Source: Azolla caroliniana (Eukaryota; Plantae; Polypodiophyta). Taken from it: a stretch of DNA of 64,000 bases. Of the stretch, positions 13,501 to 26,935 are shown piece after piece; positions within the stretch are counted from its first letter, which is position 1, and each line of letters opens with the position of its first letter. The stretch covers positions 24,738,001-24,802,000 of the forward strand of contig JBHGNT010000003.1 in NCBI GenBank assembly GCA_043228905.1, read 5' to 3'. Both the position numbers and the translations under genes were made by a program. Under the pieces are notes generated by a model. That model made no database searches. It had not been told where the DNA came from and was given only the letters and a program-made list of their open reading frames with translations.

Positions 13501-16500
13501 AGAAGAATATCAAAGATAGTTCTTCAATCTATTTTTTCTGCTGACAGTGAAATCCTCAAGGTTTAAGGAAGTTTGCTGAAATGTTTACGGTCTTTGACAA
13601 GGGTAAACAGGGACAGGAGCTTAGAATGCTTAGCATAAGACTGGAAGATGAAACGAGTCAAAGGAGAAAACTTGAAGATGAGATTGAGCAGTTAAAATGT
13701 CAGCTAGGCCAGATCAGTTTTGGAGCAGATGAGGTAGATGCCTATCTCTCCTTCGAAATGAAAGTATAGTGTTTATCAATGTTCACCAATATGGGCTTAT
13801 GCATATGTCCGTGTCCGTGTCTGTGTCCATATCCGTTATTCATTATCTGCTATCTGTTATATGTCAATACATTATACAATCTTATTAATAATTGTGGTAC
13901 TAGATATGTGCATGCACACATACTGTTACTATTGTTATTTACAATGCTATAATCTATGGACGTTGCTAAATGGCTGTAATATACAGACTAAGAATTCTGG
14001 TCGAAGCTCATTTGGGTCAGAAAGCCATAGAAGCACACCAAGCACTCATAACACCTTTGAGACCTCTGTGGGTCAAAGATTGACCATAAGCAAGCCCCAT
14101 GATCATGGTAAAAGTTTGACTGTCCTCTTCAGTTTATTGAGTGTATCTTTTGAATTGGGTCTAACCATGCACAACTGCAGTGGGATTGCAGAAAGTTCTT
14201 TCATTACTAGAGTCTGAGGAAGTTGACATCCGGGTACATGCTGTAAAAGTTGTCGCAAATCTTGCTGCAGAGGGTATGTAGAAATCCTTGTAACCTGCTA
14301 TATATATAAGAAAAAACACCAAACTATCCCACTTTTAAAACATGACCAGCATATCCTATTGTAATACAAAATTTACTACTCTAAAGGAGCTATTCTGAGA
14401 AATACTCAACAAATTAGCGTATTTTGGTGTGTTTTGCCATATATATAGTCTTGTTTGCTGGAATGTAAGGCAAATATTTGTGGCCTGTATCAAGATGACA
14501 ATTTTTCTCTGTCCTTTAACATTTAAGCAGAGAAAAACCAGGAAAAAATAGTGGAGGCCGGAGGTCTTCACTCTATGTTGATGCTGCTAAACTGTTCAGA
14601 AGACGAGACAATCCGTAGAGTTGCTGCTGGAGCCATAGCCAATCTTGCAATGAACGGTATGGATTACTTCAATTGCTGGTTACAAGCATTCATTATCAGT
14701 TTATAATTGAGATGATGTTGGATTCTTTAGTAAGCGTGCATAGTGTTATGACTGTTTAAGCATGACCATTCTATTTATTTATTTCTAATTTTTTGTATCA
14801 GCCTTGTATTAACTCAATACTATGACATTGGGCATTTTGCCTGTTGTGAGGCTATATGGGTTTTTTGTTTTCAAGATTGTACAATGTGTCTAATGTTATA
14901 TTGAGTAATTGAGATTGTGGTAACAATTGTGATGGATAAATCTACCAAGTTCTCTTGATAACTCTTTGAATAAATCGGGAGAAACATAATGGAAGTAAAA
15001 CAATATCGCACTGGGAACCACTACCATTGAAACATAAAGAAAGAGATCTGATCTCTCACCCTCAAACGCTTCACTTGGAGTTTATTTAATGCAATATCTC
15101 ACCCTGAAACGCTTCACTTGGAGTTTATTTAATGCGATATCTCACCCAGGGATGCTTAACATGGCCTTTTTGTATAGCTCCAGTCATTATGCATTTCCTC
15201 CCTCTTGATATAGTGGCGTTTAGTTTTTTTTTCTCATATTTTCGTGTATAAGCTAATGATAATGTTTTCTTCTGCCATTTTTTTCTTCAGAAACCAATCA
15301 AGAGCTGATAATGTCTGAAGGTGGGATTTCATTGCTTTCTAGAACAGCTGAGGATGCCGAAGATCCACAGACCCTCCGAATGGTAGCTGGTGCAATAGCA
15401 AACCTTTGTGGCAATGGTATTTTAGCTTGATTAAAAGCTTTTTTTAGCCTCCCTTAATGGTATAATAATTAATCTGTGTGGGAATGATATGTTAACTTGA
15501 TTGAACGCATGATGGTTTTTGCCTTAGTGATGCAATAGCTAACCTTTGTGCAGATGATATTTCAAGTGGATTAAAAACTTATCTTTCTAAATGGTGTAAT
15601 AGGGAAACTGTTGTGGAAATTGTATTTTATCTTTTGATTAAACGCTACTTTTGTCTCTTAGATTGTGCAATAGGTAACCCTTTGTAAACCCTATTTACCT
15701 TGATTAAACTTTTTTTAACCTCTGATGGTTGATGCTCATTTTGCTGCAACCAAAGGGTAGGTGCAGGAGTTGATCCCCCGACCTATGGTGTAAAGGGCAA
15801 TGATCCACTTTATCCCTTGATTAAACATCCATAACTTCTGAATGTTACTTGTATTTATGAGTTCTGGTAGTATTTATTACCTACAACCTCGAGTGGCATT
15901 TCCAGAAATCATTATGAAAATTTGATGTTTGAGCTTTTGTCAGAGTTGATTTGCTTGAGATTCTGATTAAATATGTGCAGCCAACTTTGATTAATTTAAT
16001 CATCTTTAATACTTTAATTTGGATTAATTGATTGCTTATTTCTTGATTAAAGTGGATTAATAAGCAACCAATAAGCAGCTATAAATGATAAAATTAAGAT
16101 GTTTGATCCTGAGGTTTATCTTGATGTCACACAAAAAATTGTGGCATTTCTTACGAATAGGTAGAAAATTGAAAATATTGTTGCCATTTTAAAAAGAAGA
16201 AAAAAGTAATTTCTATAATATTATTGGAACTTGGCTTTAAAAACTATTCAACCAATGTTTCCAGATAAGCTACAATTGAAGCTAAGAGATGAAGGTGGCA
16301 TTAGGGCACTCTTAAGCATGGTTAAATCGAGGCACCCTGATGTGCTTGCTCAAGTTGCCCGAGGTATTGCAAACTTTGCAAAGTGCGAGTCTCGAGGAGC
16401 TGTTCAAGGTATAAAGAGAGTTTTATGTTCTTTTTTTCAAAAGATTTTGTATAGATATTTGTTAGATTTGGGTTTCTTGGACAGGATCAAAGAGAGGTCG

Positions 16501-17054
16501 GTCATTGCTAATTGACGAGGGTGCACTCCCATGGATAGTTGCTAATGCTAATAATGGAGCGTCACCCATCAGACGCCATATTGAGTTGGCTCTTTGCCAC
16601 CTAGCACAGCAAGGTATTATATATCATCATCCTTGTTATTATTTATCTCTATAGTAGCAGAAGTGGTTAATTTGATAGGAGAAAAGTGTTGTATGAGAGC
16701 ATCTTGTACATTTTGATTAAGGAGTTGATTTAAGATGGTTATTTATCCCATCCCTAAGATACTGTTTCTCGGGGTAGTAATTAAAGCAAAGTGCCACCAT
16801 AATATACTAAATATAGTATTAATATGCTACATAAACATGTGTTCATTCGCCTCAGACAACTTGTTTTTTTTCTCTTTTTCTTTCATTTTGTAGATGTGAA
16901 TGTAAAGCATTTGATAGGAGGAGGGGCGTTAAGGGAGCTAGTTCGAATATCAAAGGAGTGTTCGAGAGAGGATATACGGACATTGGCCCATCGGATGTTG
17001 ACTGGAAACACATTATTTCAAGCAGAGTTGAGAAGGTTGCATATAGTTCTTTAA
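7552..17054 (+). CDS. ARK: Armadillo repeat-containing kinesin (ARK family), ~921 aa, 19 exons
   Basis: Exons 7552-7762, 8950-9050, 9142-9264, 9924-10109, 10421-10642, 10784-10946, 11109-11258, 12380-12468, 12550-12762, 12847-12984, 13318-13464, 13611-13733, 13987-14107, 14181-14273, 14531-14656, 15291-15416, 16265-16408, 16485-16613, 16894-17054. All introns GT-AG; total 2766 nt in frame. Motor motifs [11 protein letters not shown]-loop [10 protein letters not shown], switch I NTESSRSH, switch [23 protein letters not shown]; then coiled coil and ARM repeats ([54 protein letters not shown]). Confidence 0.95.
11950..12347. repeat. ~200-bp tandem duplication in ARK intron 7
   Basis: aagtgttagaaattca.agaag.gttgcct...aaaatcaaatcttcacattgactttg...ttcactatatttatat repeated from ~11951 and ~12153. 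Confidence 0.9.
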
Positions 17055-18498
17055 ATTACCTCTCATCCTTGATGACAAATGTTTCTCAAGGCGAGAATAT
17101 GAGATGAGGGTGAGGCCTTCATTCAATATACACGTAGTAACATATGATATGCACAAAATGTTGTAATATATTATATCTTGTTAATACGGTGTATCATTTT
17201 GTAATCGAGGGAATGAATGCTTCAACTTAAAGAAACGGGGAAATGAGATTATTTTTATTACACAGGTGATGGTTTTTTTCAGCTTACTCAATTGTTCTCC
17301 TTAGATGAGCCATATTTTGAAGCTTAATGTTGAGATATACCTTTTTTGTAAATGGTATTGTATCTAGTATAAAGACGAGAGAATTAAAAGAGAAGTTTGA
17401 AGCAGTGTCTATTCCAATGGGCTGAAATTATGCAAAACTTGGATTTGCCACCGCATCGAAAATTAGAAATAGTGAAGACACCTGAGAAGTTCCATGTTTT
17501 GGAGATATTTCTTCACTTGTAAGCTTGGTCAAAGTGGCGCATAATTACAATACATTATTGAAGAAGAACAAGAAGAAGAGGTTGGCTGATTGAGATGGGT
17601 ATCCAACCTTGAACGAAGGAATGAGCACAACCATGAAGTCAAAAGAGAATGGAACCGGTAGAGGGATGCAATAGATTAGCTTCATGATGCACCATTACAT
17701 TCCTTTGTAAATGAGGCCTTTTTGCAATGCCAATGTATCATGACATGGGACAAATGTGGAGTCTCAAGCTTCACACATTATACTACCCATGTTGCATTGC
17801 TTCCATGTGACTTAGCTCACATGCATTGCTATATGAGATGGGGTGTTGAGGCACAAATGATAAGAGTGTTCACACATGCACACACACACACACATTATAT
17901 CAAAAATATATTTGTGAAAATTATTAATATGGTAACACAACTTTGTGGTGTCATTGTAACATGTGACATGGGTATTGGGTCAAGATGAACACTTGCATTG
18001 AGGAAATAATTTCAACTTGTCTAAATGAACAAAGCTACTACTGTCAACTTTTGTAGATATGTTCTAATTCTATGCGATCAAATACAAAAGCATTACACAC
18101 AAAGGTCTCCATCATCTTTGACTTTGAATCAAGCTAAGTGAAATGTGAAAACACCACTTTTCTTGGTGTCAATTAACAACACGACAAAGCTCTAGCCAAA
18201 TCAAAGAAATACGGCACCAAATTTGAAAATAAATTTAAAGGAAACAATTGCTTGTTGCTATTCCACATATTTATACAGGTAAATCCCCAATCAATACTCT
18301 TTGAATGAAAACCTTTGTTCAAAGTGGAAATTGAGAAAATATGACTATATTTCAAGATTTGGCACCATCCATACATACTTAACGTTGCTGCCTCATATCT
18401 AACATAAAAGTCATAAAATTTAGAGAACCTAATTTCGATCCTCTCCATTGGCTAGGCCTCGCTCGTCATGTAGATTGCAATCAATCACTGGTATACGT

Positions 18499-18529
<31 letters not shown>

Positions 18530-18856
18530 AATACATTTGCACCCAACTATGTCTCTCTATAAATCAATGGATATCCAACACAACAATGATGAAACAATTC
18601 ATGACATGACCTTGAGGTGTAGCTAGGGAAAGTTTGACAAAATTATATTTCTTTAATTTTGTTGGCCAATAGCAAGTTTTAAATGCATAATATGAAAGCC
18701 ATTGAATTTGATTTTGATGGGGGCATCAACGATCATTGAGTCTTAGGTCTATCATGTTTGAAATATTCACAAACTAGGGTAACTTTACAAAGATGTATTC
18801 CTTCATTTTTGTTACCCAAAAGAAGGTTTTAAATCCATCACTATGTGAGGATTCTG

Positions 18857-19502
18857 TGGACTGGAAGGAATTAGGGCTCACATGCACAACACGATTGCTC
18901 GATCGTTTTGTGAAAGGAGAGGTGCATGGGCAAGCCCGAATCAACCCCTAACCGCAAGTTGAATGAATGCACGTTAACAAGGCACGAATATTCGAACGTC
19001 TTGTGACTACGGGTTGATTCGGGCTTGCCCATGCACCTCTCCTTTTCACACTTAATTATGTCGTGAAAATTTGTCACTATGTGCAAATCGTGAGGCGGAA
19101 CGACCGGGGTTATGGACTGGAAGGAATTAGGGCTCACACGCACAACACGATCTCTCCTTTTCACACTTAATTATGTCGCGAAAATTTGTCACTATGTGCA
19201 AATCGTGAGGCGGAACGACTGGGGTTATGGACTGGAAGGAATTAGGGCTCACACGCACAACACGATTGCTTGATCATTTTGTGAAAGGAGAGGTGCATGG
19301 GCAACCCCGAATCAACCCCTAACCACAAGTCGAATGAGTGCATGAGAGGAAGGCTTATACACACAAGGCACGAATATTCGAATGTGTTTGTGAAAAGGAG
19401 ATGTGCATGGGCAAGCCTGAATCAACAGTAGTTCTTGTGTGTTTGTGTGTCTTGTGACGAGGGAACGTTTCGGGCTTGCCTATGCACCTCTCCTTTCACA
19501 AA
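18857..19502. repeat. Complex direct plus inverted repeat locus (fold-back/MITE-like)
   Basis: ~39-bp near-perfect inverted arms 18909-18947 and 19011-19050; further arm copies at ~19280, ~19389 (forward) and ~19469-19502 (reverse); 37-bp direct repeat ggactggaaggaattagggctcaca.gcacaacacga at 18858, 19114 and 19229. Confidence 0.85.
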
Positions 19503-19549
19503 GGCATTCAAACTTTGACTTTCCTTATGACCTATATAACGTGGTGCAC

Positions 19550-20300
19550 AACATTCATCCTAAATTTGAGAAGATAGAACCAAATATTCATACTAAGGCA
19601 ATCAACTTTAATGATATAATCTGGATGGTGATTTGTCTATCATAAAATAGCCCCATTTTTTTGTGATATCAACATCTTTATAATTGATATTTGTCATCTC
19701 TTGAAATTCTTCAGGATAAGCCACTATGATAGTTTGTAATCCAAAGCTCTATGATATATAAATAGATTTGAAAATGGGACATAGAGACTAAATTTCCTCA
19801 TGGTGCATGTTTTCCTTTGTTAACGCTTTTGGATTTTGAAATACTTTGAGTTGTTTATCAATGTCCACAATAAATTCATTGCCTAGACTACATTATTTCA
19901 ATATCGTCAAATAAGGAACCCTGTAGGTCTAAAACGCTTGATGAATTGGCTATAGTTGAAGCAAAATTCCAAGGATCACATTTCATGCACATTGTCATGA
20001 TTGATCTTTAACCTTTTTGAAGAAATCACATGGCCAATATCATTTATTTTGTGTATGAACACCGACTTTGCTAAATATTCCTCGAATGTGAACAATGCTC
20101 CTCTTCATTCTTTCTAATACAACAATGTTGTATCCAAGGTCCAATATATTGGTAACAATTGATTTTCACCAATTTCATGTGATGTTTGTCTTACTTTGTG
20201 CCCCTCTCACACAACAAACACAACTCTTTATCAAATGTCACTTTCTCCCATCAACCAGTCTCTACTTTGTGCCATGGTATTATAAAATCATAAGAAATAC
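19550..20300 (-). mobile_element. Highly decayed Ty3/Gypsy pol remnant (end of RT, RNase H, start of integrase)
   Basis: Manual minus-strand translation gives IGHVISSKRLKINHDNV...FCFNYSQFIKRF (compare LGHVIS...VDP...NYYRRFI), then FIVDIDKQLKVFQNPKAL (compare F.V.TDHK.L) and an LYVP...H...YP zinc-finger-like segment. Many stops; borders approximate. Confidence 0.5.
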
Positions 20301-20696
20301 AAAAGTTGTGTTGGATATACCAACCGATTCCCTTATACTCTCATCATGGCCAATTTGATGTGTATATACAATAACCACACATAGTTTTTTGTACATTGAT
20401 GTTCAATATTCCTTGCTTTCTCGAAGCCCTGAGCTTGGGTTCATGACCCTTGATTTGTGAAATCAAGTTCCCCTAGTTCTATGCATTATGGGCAGAAATT
20501 TCATTGCATGTTCATCAACATACATGAATATTCATGTTCATAGGTTGTAGATTTAGGTTCCCTTATATACAACCACCATCGATATAGAAATCCATGTTAA
20601 TCTCATCAGTAAATGCATCCATGACATGCTCATTGATATAGATATTAATGGTGTGTTCATGTTTATGAGTTGTTAAAACTCACAAGATCTATCAAC

Positions 20697-21905
20697 TCAT
20701 CCATGATCAATATAGGCATCCATAGTATGCTCATTGACATAGACATCCATGGCACGTTCATATTCTTGCTTTCTCCAAGAATCATGTTTTATTCTAATCA
20801 TGTTCTCGATTTTTTTTGCACCCTCTAACATACTAGCACTTCCAAATATATCAGCCATGCGAACATATACCGCCACACCACTATTATCTAGTTGTACGGC
20901 TTGATCAAAGTCAATCTCCCAAGCTTCACATTGCCCCATTTCCTACAAGCACCCAATAGTGAAATCCCTATGGCTGAATACTCAAAAAATGGCATTGCCT
21001 TGATCACTGAAATAGCCTTATCAAATTGCCCCCCCCATCCAAATACTACAACCATGCAATTAAGATGCTCTAAGTTTGGAGAAATACAATATTTTGTAGT
21101 CATAATCTCAAAAAGCATTTTGGCATCGTTTACGAGCCCAGAGTGAGCATGTGCACTTAGCACACATAATAATGTTATGTTGTCAAAAGATATGCTCTCA
21201 CTTTTCATGTGTTTGAGACACTTCAAGGCTTCATGTCCTTGTCCTTGTTGAGCATAGCCAGCAATAAGGGTTGACCAAGCAATCACATCTCGAAGATGAA
21301 GCTCTTCCAGTACTTTTCTTGCTTTCTCAAGCATACCACATCTAGAGACTAGCATACATATGAACCAAAGCATTGCCAAGAACTATATTCTTCTCCAACA
21401 ATTTCCTTTTCACGACCTCATCATGAATTTGTTTGCCCTTGTTTATAGCACCCATGCTTCCACAAGCCTTTAGAGTGCAAATAAACGTAATAACATCAGG
21501 TGATAAACCCTCATTTTGCATTCTTTTGAAACTATCGGGTGCGTCATGGCTTTGTCCATGTTGAACATACCCATAAGTTATTGCCGACCATGTGATGACA
21601 TTGTGATTAGAATGGTCTTCGAGTGCTTTTTGGGCTTTGTCAAGCATTCCACATTTAGCATACATATCAACTAAAGCGTTACCAAGCTCAATATCCTTCT
21701 CTATGAAGTTTCGGCTTCGAATTTGATCATGAATTTGTTTGCCTTTTTCTATAGCCCCTAAATTGCCACATGCCTTCAAAATAGAAAGGTAAGTGACTCC
21801 ATTGGGAGAAAGACACTCATTTTCCATTTGTTTGAAACAATTAAATGCCTCATGGTCATGCCCTTGCTGAGTATGCCTTGTGATTAATGCATTCCAACAA
21901 ATAGT
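20697..21905 (-). pseudogene. PLS-class pentatricopeptide repeat (PPR) pseudogene with E-domain, 5'-truncated, two frameshifts
   Basis: Consecutive P/L/S motifs (WNALIT...SPNGVTYLSILKACG...LGNALVDMYAKCG...DVIAWSTLIAGYAQQG...SLLGACRKWGNVKLGR) split over ORFs 21342-22019, 20888-21379 and 20697-20939. Frameshifts at ~21345 and ~20910; no transit peptide and no DYW domain seen. Confidence 0.9.
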
Positions 21906-24900
21906 GTCAAAAAAAAAACCATTCTCTACTTTGAGTTGATGTGACGAGGTACATATTTGCGCAATGATTTTGTGCATACCATGGGTAGAGATACATAAGG
22001 GCAATCTAGGGTAAACCATGAAACAATTAGAGGAGAGATGTAGAAAAGTTTGTATGGTGTATGGTGTTGTGTCACCATCAACCCATCAAGTGTTGGGGAG
22101 TTAACACATGCCTTTTTGGTGTTCAAGTTTAGTATGTGACCTTTAATCAAGGAGAAAGAAACTTTATTACAAGTTGAATTTAAGGCGAATGTAGCTTTAT
22201 TAGGTGTTGAAGTTCCATAGAAACTAATGCTATGGGATACTTTCTTTCCTACCAAGGATATGTATCATCCTCCTTATAGGGTGCATTTTTAACTATGATT
22301 TTCATTGCTCAAACCTAAGTCAATGTACTTGCACATGCATGTGCACATTCTCATCAAGCTTCCTTACTGATACTATGCATGCATCAAGCACAAGTTCATG
22401 TAATAAAATATTATCAAGTTCTTTGTATTGTTCTAGAATACTATCCTGATTCCTAACCACTTCATAGATATTTTTTAACAAGTTTTTGTAAAAATAAACG
22501 GCTTTTGCAATGTTTCTCCACCACAAAAAGAGTATCTTGTTATATATTTGACCATAAGGAAAACACAAAGTATTATTCGAGATATAGTATGTATATGCTA
22601 GTATTGACCTTTGTGTGTACATTGACATCTGCTTGTTTTGTTGACTTGTTTGCATTTTATAATTACAATTTACAACTGGTTCCAATCACTTATTAAAGAG
22701 TTCGTTTTGAACAAAAATCATTAGTTAGAACTTCATATTTATAGTTTCCATAGATATTTACAAGCTAGCATTCACATCCATCAAGGCCCCTCGAGAATGC
22801 CTCTTTCTTTGTCCCATCCCTCACTCTACAAATTTGTGTACATTACATGTGTCAAGTACGTATAAAATCACACTACAATAGGCCACGTCGGTTGTTTTCG
22901 TTCAAATCAATACCGTTGTACTCATGTTGTTCTAAAAGCATTTGTGAGAGTTAGAGAGAGACATAAAGATGATTTATTAAAAACTAATCTTGATATGCCA
23001 AATTATGTTAGTATGCACCATTGACGTGGAAAATATATTTAGTGCAAGCATATAGGCCGCCCATATGCATCATTATTTTGTGTTGAACATTAAAAGTAAA
23101 GCAAAACAAATCAGAGCCAGACAAAAGTTTTACATAGTACAAAAAATGAGAGAAAAAATCATTCCAATTTCCATGGATATATCATATCCATATAAGAATA
23201 AGAAAGAAGAAAATCCAGCTTTCACTAAGACAAATTTCCCCAAACCATCAAATGCTTGCACATTGTGAGCTGATGGTTTTTAATGACTCCATGATTGGTG
23301 AAAGGTAACCATCAAATCAAGAAGATATGCAATTGCATCTTCTCAAATGGCTTGTACTCACACCAATTCACAACTCTTCCATGTTGAAAATTATACATAT
23401 TGTGGGGACCCCACAATATATGTTTGTCCACCAATTCACAACTCTCTAAATTTGTCAAAACCAAACCATGCATTTGAACTTTCAACTTGTTACCATGAAT
23501 TTCAAATTCCAATGTGCTTTATACAATCAATGTAATAATAATATGCCACAACTTAATTATATGGAGTGTCCAAGCAAGTAATAGTGCACAAAAGAGCCAT
23601 GGCCATGGGTAAGATAAACCTGCAACTTTATCAACACAAGAACATGATTACTTGTACTTCAACCACTGTAAAGTCAAACCACCCGACTTGGGGAAGGGGG
23701 GTGTTAGAAGCCAAAACATTGGTAGCAGCCCAACAAGAAAAGTAAAAAATCAAATTGATGAGATCATAATCATTTGTCCTCCCCATGCCATTTGATTGGA
23801 TACACCTCACTTGTCCATTGGCTATGCGGAGAACCACATGCTATCTAGCATAGACACATACTTTTATGTGCCATGGTCATATTCACATACATTAACACAT
23901 GCATACATATACGGTATACCATACTTGCTAAGAAACTTTGATTTTGTTTTCATATCTCATAAAACTTATACTGAATTGTTTACTACACAAAAAAGAAGAA
24001 GAGAAAAGTTGTTTTGGAGGGTGAATCATGAATCTACATGTTTTAAAGAAACACGATTGTATCAATTGGAGATCCAAAAGTGTTTTTCTTTCTTTCTAAT
24101 TAATGTGAAGGATCACAAATTAGTGTGCAACCTCTATCTTTATCACAACATTTTATCATGCTTTTTTAATGTGCATGATGCATGATGTATGTTTTTTTAT
24201 CGATCCAGAGGCAATGATTTTATGTGCTGGCAATTGAGATTGAATATACTTATTTTCCAGCACACGAGGGGAGGTATAAAGTTGGTGGTCACTCCACCTT
24301 TTTCGATTTTTTTTGAAGAATATAGAAGTGATCGCAAAAGTACACAAATCTTCCGTTTCTCTTTAGCCGAGTTCGTCATGACAACTCAAGAATTCATTTT
24401 CACCCAACAAATTCCACCTTGCTTTTCTTGTGTTTTGCAATGGGCTACACACAATAACTTGAATTATAGTGTGAGTGGCATGTATCAACTGCAAACATAA
24501 ACTTTAGTCGGTTTTTCTTTTTTAACCATAGCTCTATCCATGTCAACATAATGATGCAAATAACAAGTGACAATTTCTCGCATTTACAAGCTTCTATAAT
24601 CACCATTGGCATTTGAATCAATGATTGTGTATAATAGGACTCAGTTTAGGAAAGCATCATTGTCGTCGTGGTACATAGTTAAGAGTGTTGAATATCTTCC
24701 TTTATGAGAATGGTCAATAAAGTAAAAATATTATGAAGGAAGCATTTTCAGCTCAATCATTACGAGTTTGAAGATTGATAGAGTAAAGGAGTGTGCCCCA
24801 TAATCGATGTCTACATTTGAAATGCACCCCTCAAACTTCATGGACACACGTATCTTTAATATGATTAGTCCTTTTGGCTTGGCACCTCTTTAGTTTGCTA

Positions 24901-25334
24901 GTTCATTGACATTTTATTGATGTCCAAAAGCACATATGCACTAAATACATTTGTTAAATCATTTTCTAAACGTAAATGGTGACATGCGATATTACATTAT
25001 GAATAAAAGACATGGAAATGAAACTTTAAAGATGAAATATAACACTTTAAAATAACTTATTGCAAAAGGATCGTGTTCATGTTAAGACCAAGAACACAAC
25101 ATGGTGAAGATGTCTTCAACGATGCACTGCTCTTCTTCATTCCTTCCAGCCCACAAAATCAATGAATTGAAACTTCCATAGAATAGTTTATTTCTAAGCC
25201 TAGGTTTAAGCACATACTACCGTAACATCCTCTACGACATGTATCCAACTGCACCAAATGGGTGAAATCGTTTAGTCATGTTTAAATGTTTCTTAAATAT
25301 AAGCTTCAAACCCAAGCTAATTTATAGTACGTGC

Positions 25335-25620
25335 ACACGTGTGTTTTATGCATGCATAGTCTCAATATGTACTTTTAATTATAGTATATGCTATATAGAC
25401 TATCGTGGGTATTAAGTTATAGCTTAAAAAGTTTATAACCACGTCCATCTTGACTTGAATAATGTATGTGTACATACTACGTGTGTTTTATGCATGCATA
25501 GTCTCAATGTGTACTTTTAATTATAGTATATGCTATATAGACTATCGTGGGTATAAGTTATAGCTTAAAAAGTTTATAACCACAACAATCTTTACTTGAA
25601 TAATGTATGTTTACATACTA
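25335..25620. repeat. ~142-bp tandem duplication
   Basis: acgtgtgttttatgcatgcatagtctcaat...aaaagtttataaccac...acttgaataatgtatgt repeated from 25337 and 25479. Confidence 0.9.
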
Positions 25621-26464
25621 TACTATATAGCATATCAATATACTCGAATTATGTATACATGTATCTATGTGTGGGTGTGTTTTAGACGGCATTTTCGCCA
25701 CTCACACATCGGTTTACACTCATAAAATAAACATGTGTCTTTGTGGAATCTAATTTTTAGTTTCCATGTACATTGAAAGATCTCCTCTTCATTTGCATGT
25801 CATCATACACATTTGCAAACCTTGGATTGTCATCACCTTGATCTTGTTGAGAATATCCTGAGATCACCGTTGATAAAGATGTATCTTTCAAAAATTTGTG
25901 ACTCATGTACTCCATTTTAAAATTAAAATATCCGTTGATATGGTTTTCTACTCTATGTTCTTAAAAACCCCTTGCTACCATCCTGCATAGTTAATATGTT
26001 TTGAGTCATACATTGTGTCAAGGGCATTGCCAACATAGCAAAAATACCCTTGTCGAAGGCGTTGTGCCATCTTGTGTTTCCAATTTTTTAAGTTTGGTTC
26101 AATCAAGCTTGTCTCAACATTGAGCTTCCCATTTGCATATTCACATTCATCTTGTTGCATTCTCTTGTTCTTAATGGGCAAAGATGTGATGGTGATCTTT
26201 CACTGATTGTGCTTTGTAGCTTCACGCCAAAGCGTTAGTGACCCTCAAGTTGATTTGAGCAAGCCAGTTCTTCTCGAACAACAACATCAAACACAATAGA
26301 CAAGAAGTGATAAGCTTACATATAAGCATTTGACTTGGAATCAAAATTTGGAACATGCAACGCCTTGCAAATGTTCCAATCTTGAAATCTAGAATCTTGA
26401 TGCATACGAAATTCTTCGTATTCAAAACTTGGTAAATGAAAATTTCTTATGATTATAAGAACGT

Positions 26465-26935
26465 GGGATGCTTTTTCTTGAGGCTATGATACCATGTTAA
26501 TGCCTTATATAATGGCACAAGGTTTAGTAAGACAGCGCAGAGCCTAACTTTTCACAATCAACTATTATTTTCGCAACTACTAGACATTGGAGTGCTAATG
26601 TCAAGTGTTTATGTAAGGAACAAAGAACAAGCATACTTTATTTGAGTACATGTAAAGATAGCACCAGATAATGGGTTGCGCAAAATGTTATGCACATAAA
26701 GTGGGGAACCCCTAAAGTAAAAGGATTGCAACGAAATAAAGTTAAGCATTGAAAGAGGCAAAGTATCTCAAGGCACGTTCATGAAATATAGCCATGGTAT
26801 ATGGAGGATGAGGTCACGATGTCTTGGAGTGGAAGTGGGTATGTGGGCAAATGTTCCGTAGAATGTTAGATTTGGAGTGTTGGAGGATGATTGTTGCATG
26901 CATTACTAGATTGTTCAACATGTGCAATAATTAGA
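26465..26935 (+). mobile_element. Possible decayed PIF/Harbinger transposase C-terminal remnant
   Basis: With frameshifts, reads D...GY...LMPY, then SIERG...LKAR, then WRMIVACITRLFNMC, resembling the DDE_Tnp_4 motifs (D.GY...LMTPY; RxxIERAFG.LK.RF; IIVACCVLHN). Very degenerate. Confidence 0.35.
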
